From Octopus sinensis (lineage: Eukaryota): a stretch of 64,000 nucleotides of DNA. This document shows positions 1-12,537 of this stretch, piece by piece. The notes under the pieces are model-generated. The model was given only the letters and a program-made list of their open reading frames with translations. It had not been told where the DNA came from and did no database searches. Positions within the stretch are counted from its first letter, which is position 1; every line of letters starts with the position of its first letter. Location of the stretch: positions 46,190,001 through 46,254,000 of the forward strand of contig NC_043005.1 in the NCBI RefSeq assembly GCF_006345805.1. Direction: 5' to 3'. Position numbers and translations under genes: made by a program.

Positions 1-22
1 AATTTTCCTATTTGATTTACTG

Positions 23-278
23 CTGTGGTTCTCAACTGGGGTCCACATGATCCTTGGGGGGTCCATAAAAGATTTTGCTGTTAATATTTATAAGCAATAA
101 ATTGCTTATAATTCTACAATACACAAAATGTTAATTTTTTTAAAAATACAGTTCCTAATGATATTTAATTACAAAAATATATTAGGATTTTTTTAAATTG
201 CTGAATGGCTATGGGGGTCCAGCAGAGTAAAAAGGAATCAAAGCGGTCCATAGTGAAAAGAATGGTCGAGAGCCACTG
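23..278. mobile_element. hAT-type MITE
   Basis: Termini CTGTGGTTCTCAAC ... GTCGAGAGCCACTG (degenerate CAGTGGTTCTCAAC TIR); 8-bp flanks ATTTACTG/GTCTACAG match 5/8. Related 3' half at ~8803-8879 and 5' end at 49856. Confidence 0.65.
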
Positions 279-529
279 GTCTACAGATTTTCTTTACAGA
301 TTTTCACTTTTCAAAATCACGAGAATTTCTACCGTTTTGTATAAACAAGGTCTCGGAGTTAGTTTTTTTCTTCTTTTTAAATATTACTTCGAGTCTTTTT
401 ATTAATGGAGCAGTTAATTTTTTAGTTTTTCCTTAGTTTGTTTCTAGTTTAGGTACAGAACCCAATAGTTTTTGTAAGGAGAGTGTGAGTTGATATCATT
501 GACCGCTGTATTTCCCTGGTATTTCATTT

Positions 530-907
530 ATTGATTTCGGTGGGACGAAAGGAAATGTGTTTATAAAACATCTTTTTCTCTTGGCTTTATTGAAAAAATT
601 CTATAGTTTGTAAGATATTTGGGTTTTTTTTTTCAATTTCTACAATTTCAACCAATCACTGACGTCTATTGAGGTAAAAAAACATTCTGTGCCGTATGAA
701 TATGTCCCTCATTTAAGAAACAGATTCGGTTTATTTACATTTGTGAAGAAAAAAAGATACCCTTCCCCCCAACCCTAACCCTAACCCTAACTAACCCTAA
801 CCCTGAAACAGACTGAAATGCAATAGATCGATACTAGGGTCATAATTATAGGTAACAATTTCATATGACACCGCTAGAAAAAAAACTGCCGTTCAAACCG
901 AAAGGAT
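530..907. repeat. Interspersed repeat carrying an internal (CCCTAA)n telomere-like tract (771-804)
   Basis: AACCCTAACCCTAACCCTAACTAACCCTAACCC embedded in non-telomeric sequence; element boundaries approximate, class unknown. Confidence 0.4.
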
Positions 908-2460
908 CCGAAAAGTTGACTGCAGTGAAATTTGAACCTGTTTTAACAGCAACACAGAGCAACAAATATTTTCTTGTATTTCCTTTCTCTCGGGTGGATT
1001 TTTTTTTATGTATTCAATTTTATTTGTTTTACATACACACACTGAATACAGGCACAGTGTATGATAAGGTTTAATTATTCAGCTGTACAAACACATAAAA
1101 GAAATTTTTGTGAATCTTGAACAAGGTGGATATGAAGATTTTAGGATTCAAATCTGTGGCTAAAACTACGATACTAGCTTAAAACGTGAAGAGGACGAAA
1201 TGTAGAAAGAATAAAGAAAAGGTATCAGAGAAATGGTCTCCTGTAGTTGTTTTATTTTTAGTGCAATCCTTACACGACTTTTGCTCAGCATATAGTTTAC
1301 ATTTATTTTAAAGGTAAATAAATATTTTAATATAAAACAGATGAATATTTAAACTTGAATAATATTATAATTTTCCCGATTTCTAAGTAATGTTGGTTTC
1401 ACGTCAATAGAACTTCGGGGAACATAATATTAGTTTTAATAAGTCATTCAACATTCTTTCCCCTTGGCAGTAGCCGCAGTAGAATGTAGCTTGTTCAATG
1501 GTTAAAGATGAACTTATTATCATAGCTGAAAATCTAATTAGCCTTTCTTGAAACTGCTCCAGTTAAAGTGGATTCTTATTGGTTGTTATCGAACGGAAAG
1601 CTACCGAAGAAGACTTTGATTGGTTCAATCAGAGGCCCACAAGAGGCTTCAAATTATTCCCTCACTTGGAATTCCCTGATTTCGAGTGACTTGATCGTTT
1701 GTCAATTGTAATGAAAACTTGCCCCCAAATGATTTGCTCAACCAAATCGGATTTCCATTTATAAGTTTGATAATCTTAAATCTATGAAAATCGAAACCCA
1801 AATTACAATAAATTTTCTGGCTTTATGCATAAAGTTTCAGTAATGTAACAACTATACATGATACACCGTTTGTCAAAAGTATTTTGATATTCTAACCAAT
1901 CGTTATACTAACAATGTATTGGGCTATTGTGCTTTTAAGCTAAATACAAAAGAACCGTAAAGTTATTAAACGTATTTTCAATAGCATCACGTGATTTTAT
2001 ATATTTAGTTGATAATATATTAGGGTATTCGTATTAGTGTAATACTATAACTCCGAGATTCGCTAGTTAAGTACTTTTAAGATAATTCATTTGCATAGTG
2101 GGCATCAAATTGAATCTTATAATCACCAAAACTCCACGGTGTTAAAGAAGAAGAGAAAAGATGATGGTGATCTGGACCTGCGAGGCAGTTTCGAGTTCAG
2201 CTCAACGCCATTAAATTTCACTTAGGCTGTTAATTTTACATCGTTAAAATTCAGTTTTACTTTCTCGGCAGTTGCTTGTTTGTTTGAAGGAGTACCGACA
2301 TCAAATTACACCTCTTCTTGCTAATTTCTGAAGAAATTTGCGAGATGGATGCCAATATAATTGAAAACTTTTTTCATCTAGTTAGTCAGCTCAGTTTTCA
2401 AAAACGGAATGAAGCTGCTCGTACGAAACTACCAGCTGATCTCAACCAACCTTTCATATA

Positions 2461-2688
2461 TATTTCTTTATTGCCCACAGGGGACTAAACATAGAGGGGA
2501 CAAACAAGGACAGACAAAGGGATTAAGTCGATTACATCGACCCCAGTGCGAAACTGGTACTTTATTTATCGACCCCGAAAGGATGAAAGGCAAAGTCGAC
2601 CTCGGCGGAATTTGAACTCAGAACGTAACGACAGACGAAATACCGCTAAGCATTTCGCCTGGCGCGTTAAAGTGTCTGCCAGCTCGCT
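2461..2688 (-). mobile_element. tRNA-derived SINE family 1, full length, tail A
   Basis: Sense strand: GCGAGCTGGCAG head, GAGTTCAAATTCC B-box-like motif, body CCTTTCATCCTTTCGGGGTCGATAAA..AGTACCAG, tail ..GTGGGCAATAAAGAAATA. Many copies in the window. Confidence 0.9.
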
Positions 2689-2700
2689 ACCGATATATGT

Positions 2701-2998
2701 GGAGGCGCAATGGCCCAGTGGTTAGGGCAGCGGACTCGCGGTCGTAGGATCGCGGTTTCGATTCCCAGTTTCGTTGTGAGTGTTTATTGAGCGAAAATAC
2801 CTAAAGCTCCATGAGGCTTCGGCAGGGGGTGATGGCGAACCCTACTGTACTCTTTCGCGAGAACTTTCTCTCACTCTTTCTTCTGTTGGCCTGCTCGCTT
2901 AGCCAGCGGATGGCGTCATTTGAAGGCTAAAAAACAATGCGAATCGCATTGTGACCAGCGATGTGTAGCAACTTCTGATAGCCTGGTCAGTCACGTGA
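2701..2998 (+). mobile_element. tRNA-derived SINE family 2 (body alpha, tail X)
   Basis: GGAGGCGCAATGGCCCAGTGGTTAGGGCAGCGG (A box) ... GGTTTCGATTCC (B box); near-identical copy at 15058-15321. Confidence 0.85.
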
Positions 2999-3419
2999 CG
3001 TGATATAGATATATGGGAGGGTGCTGAGATGAAGAATAAGTGACTTTATGGAGAGCCACAAGCGTTGTCTAACTGATGTTAGCATCAAGTTTAAAATTCA
3101 TTATAGCTGGGATCCCGCACTCTCTAACCTCTGTTAAAATCAAACTCACAGGACTTAAATAAATTGTGGCACATCATTTTTTTCTCACATACAGATCTGC
3201 TCTATTCAACATTATCCCAAAACAAATAAGAAAAATAAAAAAAAGTAGAGCTTTTATGACCTGGACAACTCCCCCCAAGAAATCCGAATCAAACCACGAA
3301 CACTAAAAAAGTTTCGAGTAACAAAAACTTTTTACTTGAGGATTTCTCTGAGTAGTATTATGAAGTTCAATAAAACCGGGAGCAATATGAACTGAGGTCT
3401 GTGAAGGTTTATATATATA

Positions 3420-3668
3420 TTCTTTTATTTGTTTCGGTCAGCTGACTGCGACCATGGTGGAGCACAGCCTTGAAAGGTTTTAGTCGGACAAATTGACTTC
3501 AGGACTTATTTTTCTTTTTTAGACTAGTACTTATTCTATCGATCTCTTTTGCGGAACCGTTAAGTTACAGGGACGTAAACACACCAACACCGGTTGTCAA
3601 GCGGTATGGTGGGACAAATACAGACACAAAGACACACATAGAAACATACACACACACACACACACACG

Positions 3669-3761
<93 letters not shown>

Positions 3762-3795
3762 ACATATATATATACGTGTGTGTGTGTGTGTGTGT
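3420..3795 (-). mobile_element. SINE family 3, 3' half plus its internal microsatellite
   Basis: Matches the tail of full copies at 20554-21064 and 50526-50920; followed by (AC)n(AT)n(GT)n. Confidence 0.75.
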
Positions 3796-4021
3796 ATGTT
3801 TCTATGCAGCACGGACTTTGTCAGTGAACAGGTCGCGGATTTTAGCGACGAAAATATTTTGACAAATTAAACTTAAATGTTGAAGTGAATCGAACGGCTT
3901 TTGTGTGTTTCTTAAATGGCTTATAAACACCTTCCACGCTGCAATTGTTTTCGTTTCAGCACACGATCTCAGATCAAATTACTTGCTATGCGAGTACATC
4001 TCCGTAATATATACATATATG

Positions 4022-4074
<53 letters not shown>

Positions 4075-4492
4075 TATATATATAATATATATATATATAA
4101 TATGTGTGTGTGTGTGTGCGTGTATATACACACAATGATAATGGTGTGTATATATATATTTGTGTAACATTTTTCTGTTTTTTTCCCGTCCTTGTTTTCG
4201 TATACATTCGCTGCTTTCTTCCAAGGAATGTAATGCTCTTAGCATATTTTGTCCTTGGGGCTGGCCAGATTGGAGCAATCTCGAGTATAACCAGCCGAAA
4301 TTGCAAAGATAATCTGGAACTCGGCTGAGGATAGAAAATTCCGAATGATCCGTCCTTGTTTTCCTTGTATCGTCTATCTAGATATTTTGTTGTGCCTTTT
4401 TTGTTTCACCTAATTGTCTGGATATTTTGTGTTCTTGTCCCATTTTTGTATTTTTTATATATAAAAATAGCGGCGTACGTATACTTTGGTCT

Positions 4493-4536
<44 letters not shown>

Positions 4537-4739
4537 ATATATATGATAATGATTAGGATTATTACTAAGTAGCATAGCATTACCTTTAATTCCTTTATAT
4601 TATATATATACACCTTCAAATAGACCTACACATGTTTCTCCGGCATCGATTAGTAACCGTTGCAATTGCAGCCCTACTATAATACCGGTGCAGCCGCGAA
4701 CTATCTTCAAGTTTTGATTGGATAATCACTTGTATCCAG

Positions 4740-4770
<31 letters not shown>

Positions 4771-4922
4771 CATACACACATACATATATACATATATATA
4801 TACATATATATACATATACATATATATATGTATATATATATGTATATATGTATGTGTGTATGTATGTATGTATGTATGTATGTATGTATGTATGTATGTA
4901 TGTATGTATGTATGTATGTATG

Positions 4923-6976
4923 TCTCTTCTATTTTTAATTATTAGAAATCTTCCACTGAGAAGGAACCCGGTTTCCAACAAAGATACAAGGCTCCATCTT
5001 CGGGATGTAGTTAACACAGACAAATTCACATTTGGAACTTGAGAAAAGTCTTGCATATTTTTACTGTTCCACTCACAGATTGCATTTGTAATGTACGAAT
5101 CAGCCGGTCAGTTCCTCTTTCTGAAAATCCCAGTTTACCAAGGTTCTCTTTTTAGTATTTACTAACAAAGCATAGTGCTCCAGTTATTGGTATGAATATG
5201 AATTCATAATCTGAATATAGAAGCTGTGAGATTTCGAAGCAGTTGTCCATAGATACCCTCTTTGATTTTTCAAAGAGATATTTATATCTACAGAGCAGCT
5301 AACCACTATGATGGAACATACCTTTGCTCCTCTGTCCCAAGAAACAATATCCGGCATGTTATGTTTACATTTGACAGAAGTTTTGATGGAGATATTCCAC
5401 CAATATTCCTTGAGTTGGTGTTTGGGAATGTATTCCATAACAGAAGGATTTTCTAAGTTAATTTCAGGACAGTCTTTCTTGCGGATGGCATTGTAAATTG
5501 TTTTAGCAACAACATCGTGCCGCATAGGGAGGCAGTACCGCGACGGCATTTTGGGACAGCAGCTAATCACATGCGCAATGTCTTCCACAGAAACATGACA
5601 TAGCCTACACATGCGGTTGCATCTTGGGATTACAAGAGCGTCACTGTCCCTCTTGTTCACCAGGTACTTTGTGGCGATCTCCTGTTCCTGGATTGCAAAC
5701 GCATAGCCTTCAAAGTGTAATATGATGTAGTGGTCTTGTGTCCAAAATAGGCTGCGCTTCGTGTTAATTCTACTGTCTTCTTCAAGCTTCTTGGCAACAT
5801 AACCATGCTTGGTCTTTTTTTTTTGTATGCTGAGTGCTTTCCATCCAGGTCTTCTCTGAGGTAAGAGAGCCCATCTGTTTTGGGGCTATATCGGAGATCA
5901 CCAGGAAGAGAGTGTTTCTTGAAGTGTTCACTGCCAACTCGTACAATGTTGCTCACTTCGCTTTTCAGCACTGCATTAATAATTAATATATTTATTTTTG
6001 CTGCTGTTGTCTAGCAGGTGCTGCTTGATACCACACGGCATTGGAAGGCGGGCTGGACTGCTCTCAGGTCTCTACCACCTTCATTTCTTCTTAGGTTGAG
6101 CTTGTCAACATCACTGTTTCTGTGGAAGTTCCCAGTTGTTGTCAGGATTTTGTGTTTTGATACCTATGTGGAATTTCTCTGCAGACCAATCAAATATCCC
6201 AAATGTTGGGATCAGCACTTGTACTGCAAATGCATTGTGGGATATTGTTTTGTTGTAAGAGGAGAGTTCCGACTGCCATATTTTCCTAAATCTGCTGTAA
6301 TATTCTCAGGCCACTCTATCTTTATTCACAGTGTCTTCATACGATACATTTTCATCTATGCCTAGGTACTTGTAACATTCTTTGTGTGAAATGGGGGAGG
6401 TAGAGAGCCTGTTGATGCACAGATTTGGGGTTTGGGGTACTGACTTTTCTCGTTCTATAACCAAGTATGAACATTTCTTTTGGGCAAATTCCATGCTTAT
6501 ATCAGCTGAAAATGTTGTTATTAATTCCAGTTTCTTTTTGGTATTGTTAACGCTTTTAGCATAAATCTTCAGGTCGTCTACAAAGAAATTATGAATTACA
6601 TTGATATTTCTAGCAGTTGAAGACCCTAGCATGTAACCATTTGTTTTCTACAGCAGGAACAATAATGGATTCAGTGCTAAAATGAAAAGAAATACAAAAA
6701 GACTATCTCCCTGGAATATTCCCTTTGAAATGCCTATACTATTAGAAACAATTATGTCTTCTTATAGTCAAGCCATACAGTCACAAGGTTTCTGCGTTGT
6801 TTTCTTATTTCAGACAGTATGGCTTTGTTTATAAGAAGTTGTTTGCCACATCCCCACACTCCATTCTTTCTACCAGCCTGTTCATCAGTCACAATGTTGT
6901 TCGACTCACAATGGTCCTGGAGGAATTGGTTGAGGCAATTTGTGTACAGTTTGTACATAATATTTAGGCAAGCACT
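4923..6976 (-). mobile_element. R4/Dong-like non-LTR retrotransposon with restriction-like endonuclease; 5'-truncated, internally deleted pseudo-copy
   Basis: RT remnants DEQAG..WLDYKK (6752-6958), GIFQGDSL (~6700), HNFFVDDLKIYAKS (6306-6632); C-terminal CRLC..EDIAHVISCC zinc knuckle, RHD motif and KHNMPDIV nuclease-like motif (5184-5660). Multiple stops and frameshifts. Confidence 0.85.
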
Positions 6977-7399
6977 ATGTATGTATGTATGTATGTATGT
7001 ATGTATGTGTATGTATGTATGTATGTATGTATGTATGTATGTATGTGTATCTTAAGTTTTTTCTAACCATTTGAATTTTTATCCTCAGTATGTAAAAACT
7101 ATATCAGAACTACATTTTTTTAAACATAACGTGGTGAAAATTCGAAAGACTTTAACTGGTCGTAGGAAATTTAACAAAAATCCATAATTGAGACACATTT
7201 GTTTTTTCCTCTTTATTTTTCTCTTCTCATCTATACTTTCCGTAGAGGGGCGTATGCTCGAAATGCTAAAGAATTCTTCCAGTTCTCCTGAATATCAACC
7301 TTGTCTTTTTTATATCGACTTAAAGTTTAATAAATATTTTGTAAGAAATATACATACATACATAATACACACACACATGCACCCCCCCACACACATATC

Positions 7400-7600
7400 A
7401 AAATGTAACCACATGTGGATCGTTGACGATTTTTTTCTCCACGCTACCTTTTCTCTTGATCTTTTCTCCGTCTCCTTTTTCTGACGAAGAGCTTTGCTCG
7501 AAACGTAAAACCACCTTTCTTTCCTTCCTTGAACGTCTGCTAATACTTTGCATATACCACGTCCTCACGTTGTTCTTTTTCTTACACGTGTAGGAATGCC
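7400..7600 (+). mobile_element. Penelope-like terminal remnant with minimal hammerhead motif (7477-7511)
   Basis: CTGACGA-A-GAGC-TTT-GCTC-GAAA-CGTA; the same repeat recurs at ~48330-48520. Confidence 0.55.
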
Positions 7601-9597
7601 CATTTTTCTAATCAAAGCATTTTCTGATATAGACAAGTACTAAGGAATGAAGGAAAGTAAGATTTTTCTTTTTTGCCGCTTCAGATTTCCTTCGTAGACT
7701 CAGCAACAACGACAAAAAGCATATTCTGAAATAATGACTCCAGACGTATCTCTGGTTTTCAGCATTTGACTGGGTCTCTTCAAAAAATTTCTTTCGTTTT
7801 GTCTCATTTGCTTGTGTGGAGATATAATGTATCCAAGAACACATTATCCAATGATTTTTTAAAATTTCGTTTTTGGATTTGGTTTGCAAGATTCTTTATT
7901 TGAGTACGTGTGTTGAAGCAAATTTTGTTGTGTCTGAGGAGAGTCATTTTCTCTTTGTGCCTTATAATGTAACACACTTACCGGTAAAATTTCCTCTTAT
8001 TTCCTATTTTTATATTCCTAAAATTTTCGTTGCGTCTTGCAACCTTTTCAATAGTCTTGACTCTTTTTTAAAATTTGTTTTCCTTTTACAAAGGGACGAC
8101 ATAGTGTAATTTTGAGGGCAATTCAACTGCTGTATCAAGCAGGCTAGAGACGGGTTTGAGTCTCTCTCAAAACGGTTTCTCTTTACCTTTTTATCTATTG
8201 TTTCCTACTCATTTTTTTCTCCCTTGGTTAAAAATGAGCCCCTATCTGGTTGTTTGACGTGCAAAAAATAGCAATTAAATATCTCTCAAATCACTCTCTT
8301 TGGGGTTACAAAGGAAATACAGGATAACTGACGCTCAACCCAGAAACAGTGCCAATGTGGGGAAGTATGTTGGCATTCGTCCTGCTCGAAATAACAGCCA
8401 AATCTTTCTCAAATCATACTCTGTTATCATTTTTTAAAGATAACCCTTAGGGATTGTCACCGGATGTATGAACTTCAAAGCAGTAACGTAATATTTAATT
8501 CTTACAAGACTTTTCAATACAAACCTAATACTTAATTCACGAATAATGAATTATAATTTATTTTTCATGAATAGAGTATCATCGAAGCATCAAATGATGT
8601 TTTTCTATCGTGACGGAACTAAAGATATCGAATGTGCATTTTGTATGTTTTTGTGTGTAAGTTTTAAAGAATTAGACAATAGCAGAAAATTTTAGGAAGA
8701 AGGTGTTGAAGTTGTAAAGCCCTCTTCATTAAACCCATGTAAACTCATTTATCTAATTCCCGAATTTTTCTGAGACTTGACTGAACTTTGCTATGGGCTC
8801 TTTGAATGGCTATGGGGATTCACCAGAATAAAATAGTAATCAAAGGGTTCCCTAAATAAAAAGAAGTTGAGAACTCCTGATCTAAATGATAACAGCAGCT
8901 ATACACAAACTACATAAGTGCAATAAGTGCTCATCCAGCAGAAACTTAGGCGACAATGTGGGTCTAGTGATAATTTTTTTGCATAATATCTTCATGTGTT
9001 GTGACGTGTGGTGAAACAAATTTAGAGACCGAGAAAAACTATTCCCGAATTTCATTTCATGCATCAGTGACTTACGTTTTCCCAGAAATATAATTGCTTT
9101 CATTTTATATAAAATATACGTATGATTTACATGTTATATTAAATCTATGAATGTTTATATATATGAATATGTGAATGTTTATATATTTTGATACAAACAG
9201 TATTTACAAACAGTATGAATGTTTATATATTTTGATACAAACAGTATCACAGGATATCACTCATCACTTTCGGTTTCTGCCCTAATTTACCTTCATTTTT
9301 TAAGGACAATTTACTTTCACTATTTTAGGACGGTAAACTGCCAGTTAACTGCTATCATAGTCCTCAGGTTTGGAAACACTGGTTTACAAATGCCTGTGAA
9401 CCACTTATGGTTAACGTGCAGTTTATCGTTTTAAAAAAGTGAAAATAAATTATCCAAAAAAAAAAAATTAAAGCAAATTGCCATAGAAACCAGAAATGAT
9501 AACAGTGACATCCCACAATTTCATGTAAATGATGTACGTGATATAACCAATGTATACAACGTATATATGTTTTATATAAGTTTTATATATGTTTTGA

Positions 9598-9817
9598 GGC
9601 GGCGAGCTGGCAGAATCGTTAGCACGCCAGGCGAAATGCTTAGCGGTATTTTGTCTGAGTTCAAATTCCGCCGAGGTCGACTTTGCCTTTCATCCTTTCG
9701 GGGTCGGTTAAATAAGTACCAGTTACACACTAGGGTCGATATAATCGACTTAATCTGTTTGTCTGTCCTTGTTTGTCCCTTCTGTGTGTAGCTTCTTGTG
9801 GGCAGCAAAGAAATAAG
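9598..9817 (+). mobile_element. SINE family 1, tail A
   Basis: GGCGGCGAGCTGGCAGAATCGTTAGC ... GTGGGCAGCAAAGAAATAAG. Confidence 0.9.
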
Positions 9818-10379
9818 CATATATGTTTTATGTGACATGAAAACTGTACATTTTATATAAGACGAAAACAATAACATTTATGGGAAAAGAAAATAGTCAA
9901 TGATGCACAAAATAAGATCCGTGAATAATTTTTCTTGATCTTGTAATTTGTTTTGTTACACATCGAAACACATTGTTGCCAAAGTTTCTTCTTGGCGAGA
10001 TCATCCAACGCCCTTCTATAATCTGTGTATGGATGCCATCGTCTTTTGAGTCAATAAAACTGAGTGAATGGTTAATAACTTGGTATATTTAGGACAATCC
10101 ACTTTCATGATTATTTTTTTTTACAAAGGTAAAATGCAAATTCTCAATCTACGCTACTTCGTTCATGGACGTCGGCTCTAATTCTAGAACACAGTAAGGT
10201 CCTTCATTACAGATTTTGTAGTTATGATCTTGGTCCAGGTGTAAGGTTTGCCAAGCCATGCGCAGGATGTGTTTAGGAGACCCCACTTGTGTGGATGGCT
10301 ATTGGATCACAATGAGCTCAGCCTTCACTTGACAGGTCATGTTTTCAGTCCTGCAAGGCGTCTACAACACCTTCCTCAC

Positions 10380-10542
10380 CACTAGCGTAGCTAGTGTGTG
10401 TGCTGCCGCGCGCGTGTGTATAAGTGTGGATTCAGTTTTCCACCCATAGGCCCCACAAAACGTACATATTACCTACAGCAGACCTAAAAGTGGTGTCGCC
10501 AAGAGCGGACCGCCCCCTTCGCTCCCTCTAGCTACTCTAGAG
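10380..10542. mobile_element. 163-bp hAT MITE
   Basis: TIR CACTAGCGTAGCTAG / CTAGCTACTCTAGAG; 8-bp TSD TTCCTCAC/CTCCTCAC; shares CCTACAGCAGACCTAAAAGTGGTG with the 24249-25679 element. Confidence 0.8.
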
Positions 10543-10612
10543 CTCCTCACTTGGAAAGTCAACCCAAGATTTTTTTCCCTTTCTTTTAATCTTCTCAGAA
10601 TTAATAGAATAA

Positions 10613-11010
10613 CTAGCAGTATAGCCCGGCGTTGCTCGGGTTCATTTTCTTTTCGACCCTTTAGAATTGGAATTTTTGAAAAGTAAAAATTTTGCATTAT
10701 GTAGCTTGTTATTCTCTTTAAGTGAACATTTTCTGGTTGAAATACACCGAAAAATGGTGACACAGCAGTCAAAACATCGTAAAAAATAGGGATTTTCAAA
10801 GAAAAAAAAAAGCACCTTTTTGATATAAATAATTTTTGGTCTTAACATGGTCCGATCTGAATTTTTTCTTCTACGGAATGAAGAGCAAGCCTTCTTCTAT
10901 CATACTCTCAAGTTTGGTCAACTTGCACCGCAGGGTCTCGGAGGAGATAGTGTTAGTTGAAGGTTACCAAACCTGCCACACACAGACAACTTCAGCTTTA
11001 TATATAAAGA
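10613..11010 (-). mobile_element. Non-autonomous Helitron
   Basis: Minus strand begins A|TCTTTATATAT, ends in hairpin CCCGAGCAACGCCGGG, 8 nt, then CTAG|T; inserted between A and T with no TSD. Confidence 0.8.
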
Positions 11011-11230
11011 TAATACAGCATAGATCACATGCTGCCAGAATTCACCTTATTCGCTTATCAAAAGTTATCTTTTTGTTTCACTCTCTGCTCTTAATGTGAG
11101 CATGTGATGTGTGAGTCCATGTGCGTATATATGTAATAATTTATGCGGTTTTGTATGTGTTTATGGGCTGGTATTCATCTGTGTAAGTTCACGTGCGTAT
11201 GTGCTTATGTCTATGTGATATGCAAGTGTG

Positions 11231-11386
11231 CAGAACCGGATTAAGGTATGGGCTTTTAGAACTGCAACCCAGGAACTTAGGACAGCTGGAGGGTCTCCAG
11301 GGATTAAGTGAAAAGTTATTGAAAATATCACTAGGACCTCTCAGTATCTGTAACTCAGAGACCTACGAAATCTTAATCCGGCTCTG
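11231..11386. mobile_element. 156-bp MITE
   Basis: 15-bp TIR CAGAACCGGATTAAG / CTTAATCCGGCTCTG (1 mismatch); TSD unclear in TG-rich flank. Confidence 0.6.
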
Positions 11387-12164
11387 TGTGTGTGTGTGTG
11401 TGTGTGTTTATGCTTTTGTGTATGTATTTGTGTGTGATTTGAAATGGGATGTGTGTATGTGTGTGTTCTGTATGCTGCTTATATGTGTATGTGATGTATG
11501 TTTGCATGCGTAATGTGTGTGTATATGTCTGTCAGAGAGAAAGAGATAGATAGATAGATAGAGAGAGTGTGTGTGTGTGTGTGTGTGCGAGTGCTTACAT
11601 CTATGTGTGAGCCTTTTTTGTGAGAGACGATGCCCTGTATGTGTGCATGCATGTGCGTGCGTGTGTGAGTGTGTGTATGAGAGAGAGGAGGAGAGAGAGA
11701 GGCAGAGAGAGAGAGAGAGGGAGAGAAAGAGTGAGGGAGAGAGAATGAGAGAGAGATGGAGAAAGAGGTGGAGTTTGATGGGTGGGATGAGGGGAAATGT
11801 AAGGGTGAGGCAGAGGTGTAATGTTGTGTGTAAATCAGTCATTTATTTCAACGTGTTATGCAATGACAATACGAGAAATGCGAATATTGATTCTAAAATT
11901 TGTATTAAATAATCTAGTGAAGATATATTTAAATTGGAAATGCTGGCGGGTGGGGTGGGGGTCAGAGAGGATGCGGATGGCCGGTTGGTTGGTGGTAAGA
12001 TGTTGCAGCAACTTCAGGCCGTGATTGCACTCAAATGCACACAGCTTTGCCTTCTCTGGCATCAGTTAATAACAGAGCTAAGCAATCAAATTGTAAACTT
12101 CTTACTTAAAGTGTAAATTGTCAGTGAATTAGATAAGACGTGAAATTTGGCAGATTACAGTAGA

Positions 12165-12174
12165 TATTGCTGTC

Positions 12175-12207
<33 letters not shown>

Positions 12208-12278
12208 GTTGTTGCTGTTGTTATCATCGTCGTCATTATTTATTATTATCATTATTATTATTATTATTATCATTATTA

Positions 12279-12328
<50 letters not shown>

Positions 12329-12362
12329 GTTGTTATTATTATTATTATTATTATTATCATCA

Positions 12363-12393
<31 letters not shown>

Positions 12394-12419
12394 TATTATT
12401 ATTATCATTATTATAATTA

Positions 12420-12477
<58 letters not shown>

Positions 12478-12537
12478 TATCATTATCATTATTATTATCA
12501 TTATTATTATTATTATTGTTATTATTATTATTATTAC
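12165..12537. repeat. Compound trinucleotide microsatellite (GTT)n-(ATT/ATC)n
   Basis: Direct inspection. Confidence 0.95.

Noticed and set aside
771-804. True telomere or chromosome end
   Set aside because: Only ~34 bp long and internal.
2701-2775. tRNA genes at the SINE heads
   Set aside because: A and B boxes are present, but there is no complete cloverleaf and each continues into a SINE body.
4322-4356. CTGAGGA..TCCGAA as a hammerhead
   Set aside because: Lacks the A15.1-U16.1 pair and a stem III, and stem II is mismatched.
7608-8109. 93-aa and 78-aa ORFs in AT-rich unique sequence
   Set aside because: No recognisable motifs, and neighbouring frames are interrupted; likely chance or decayed element.
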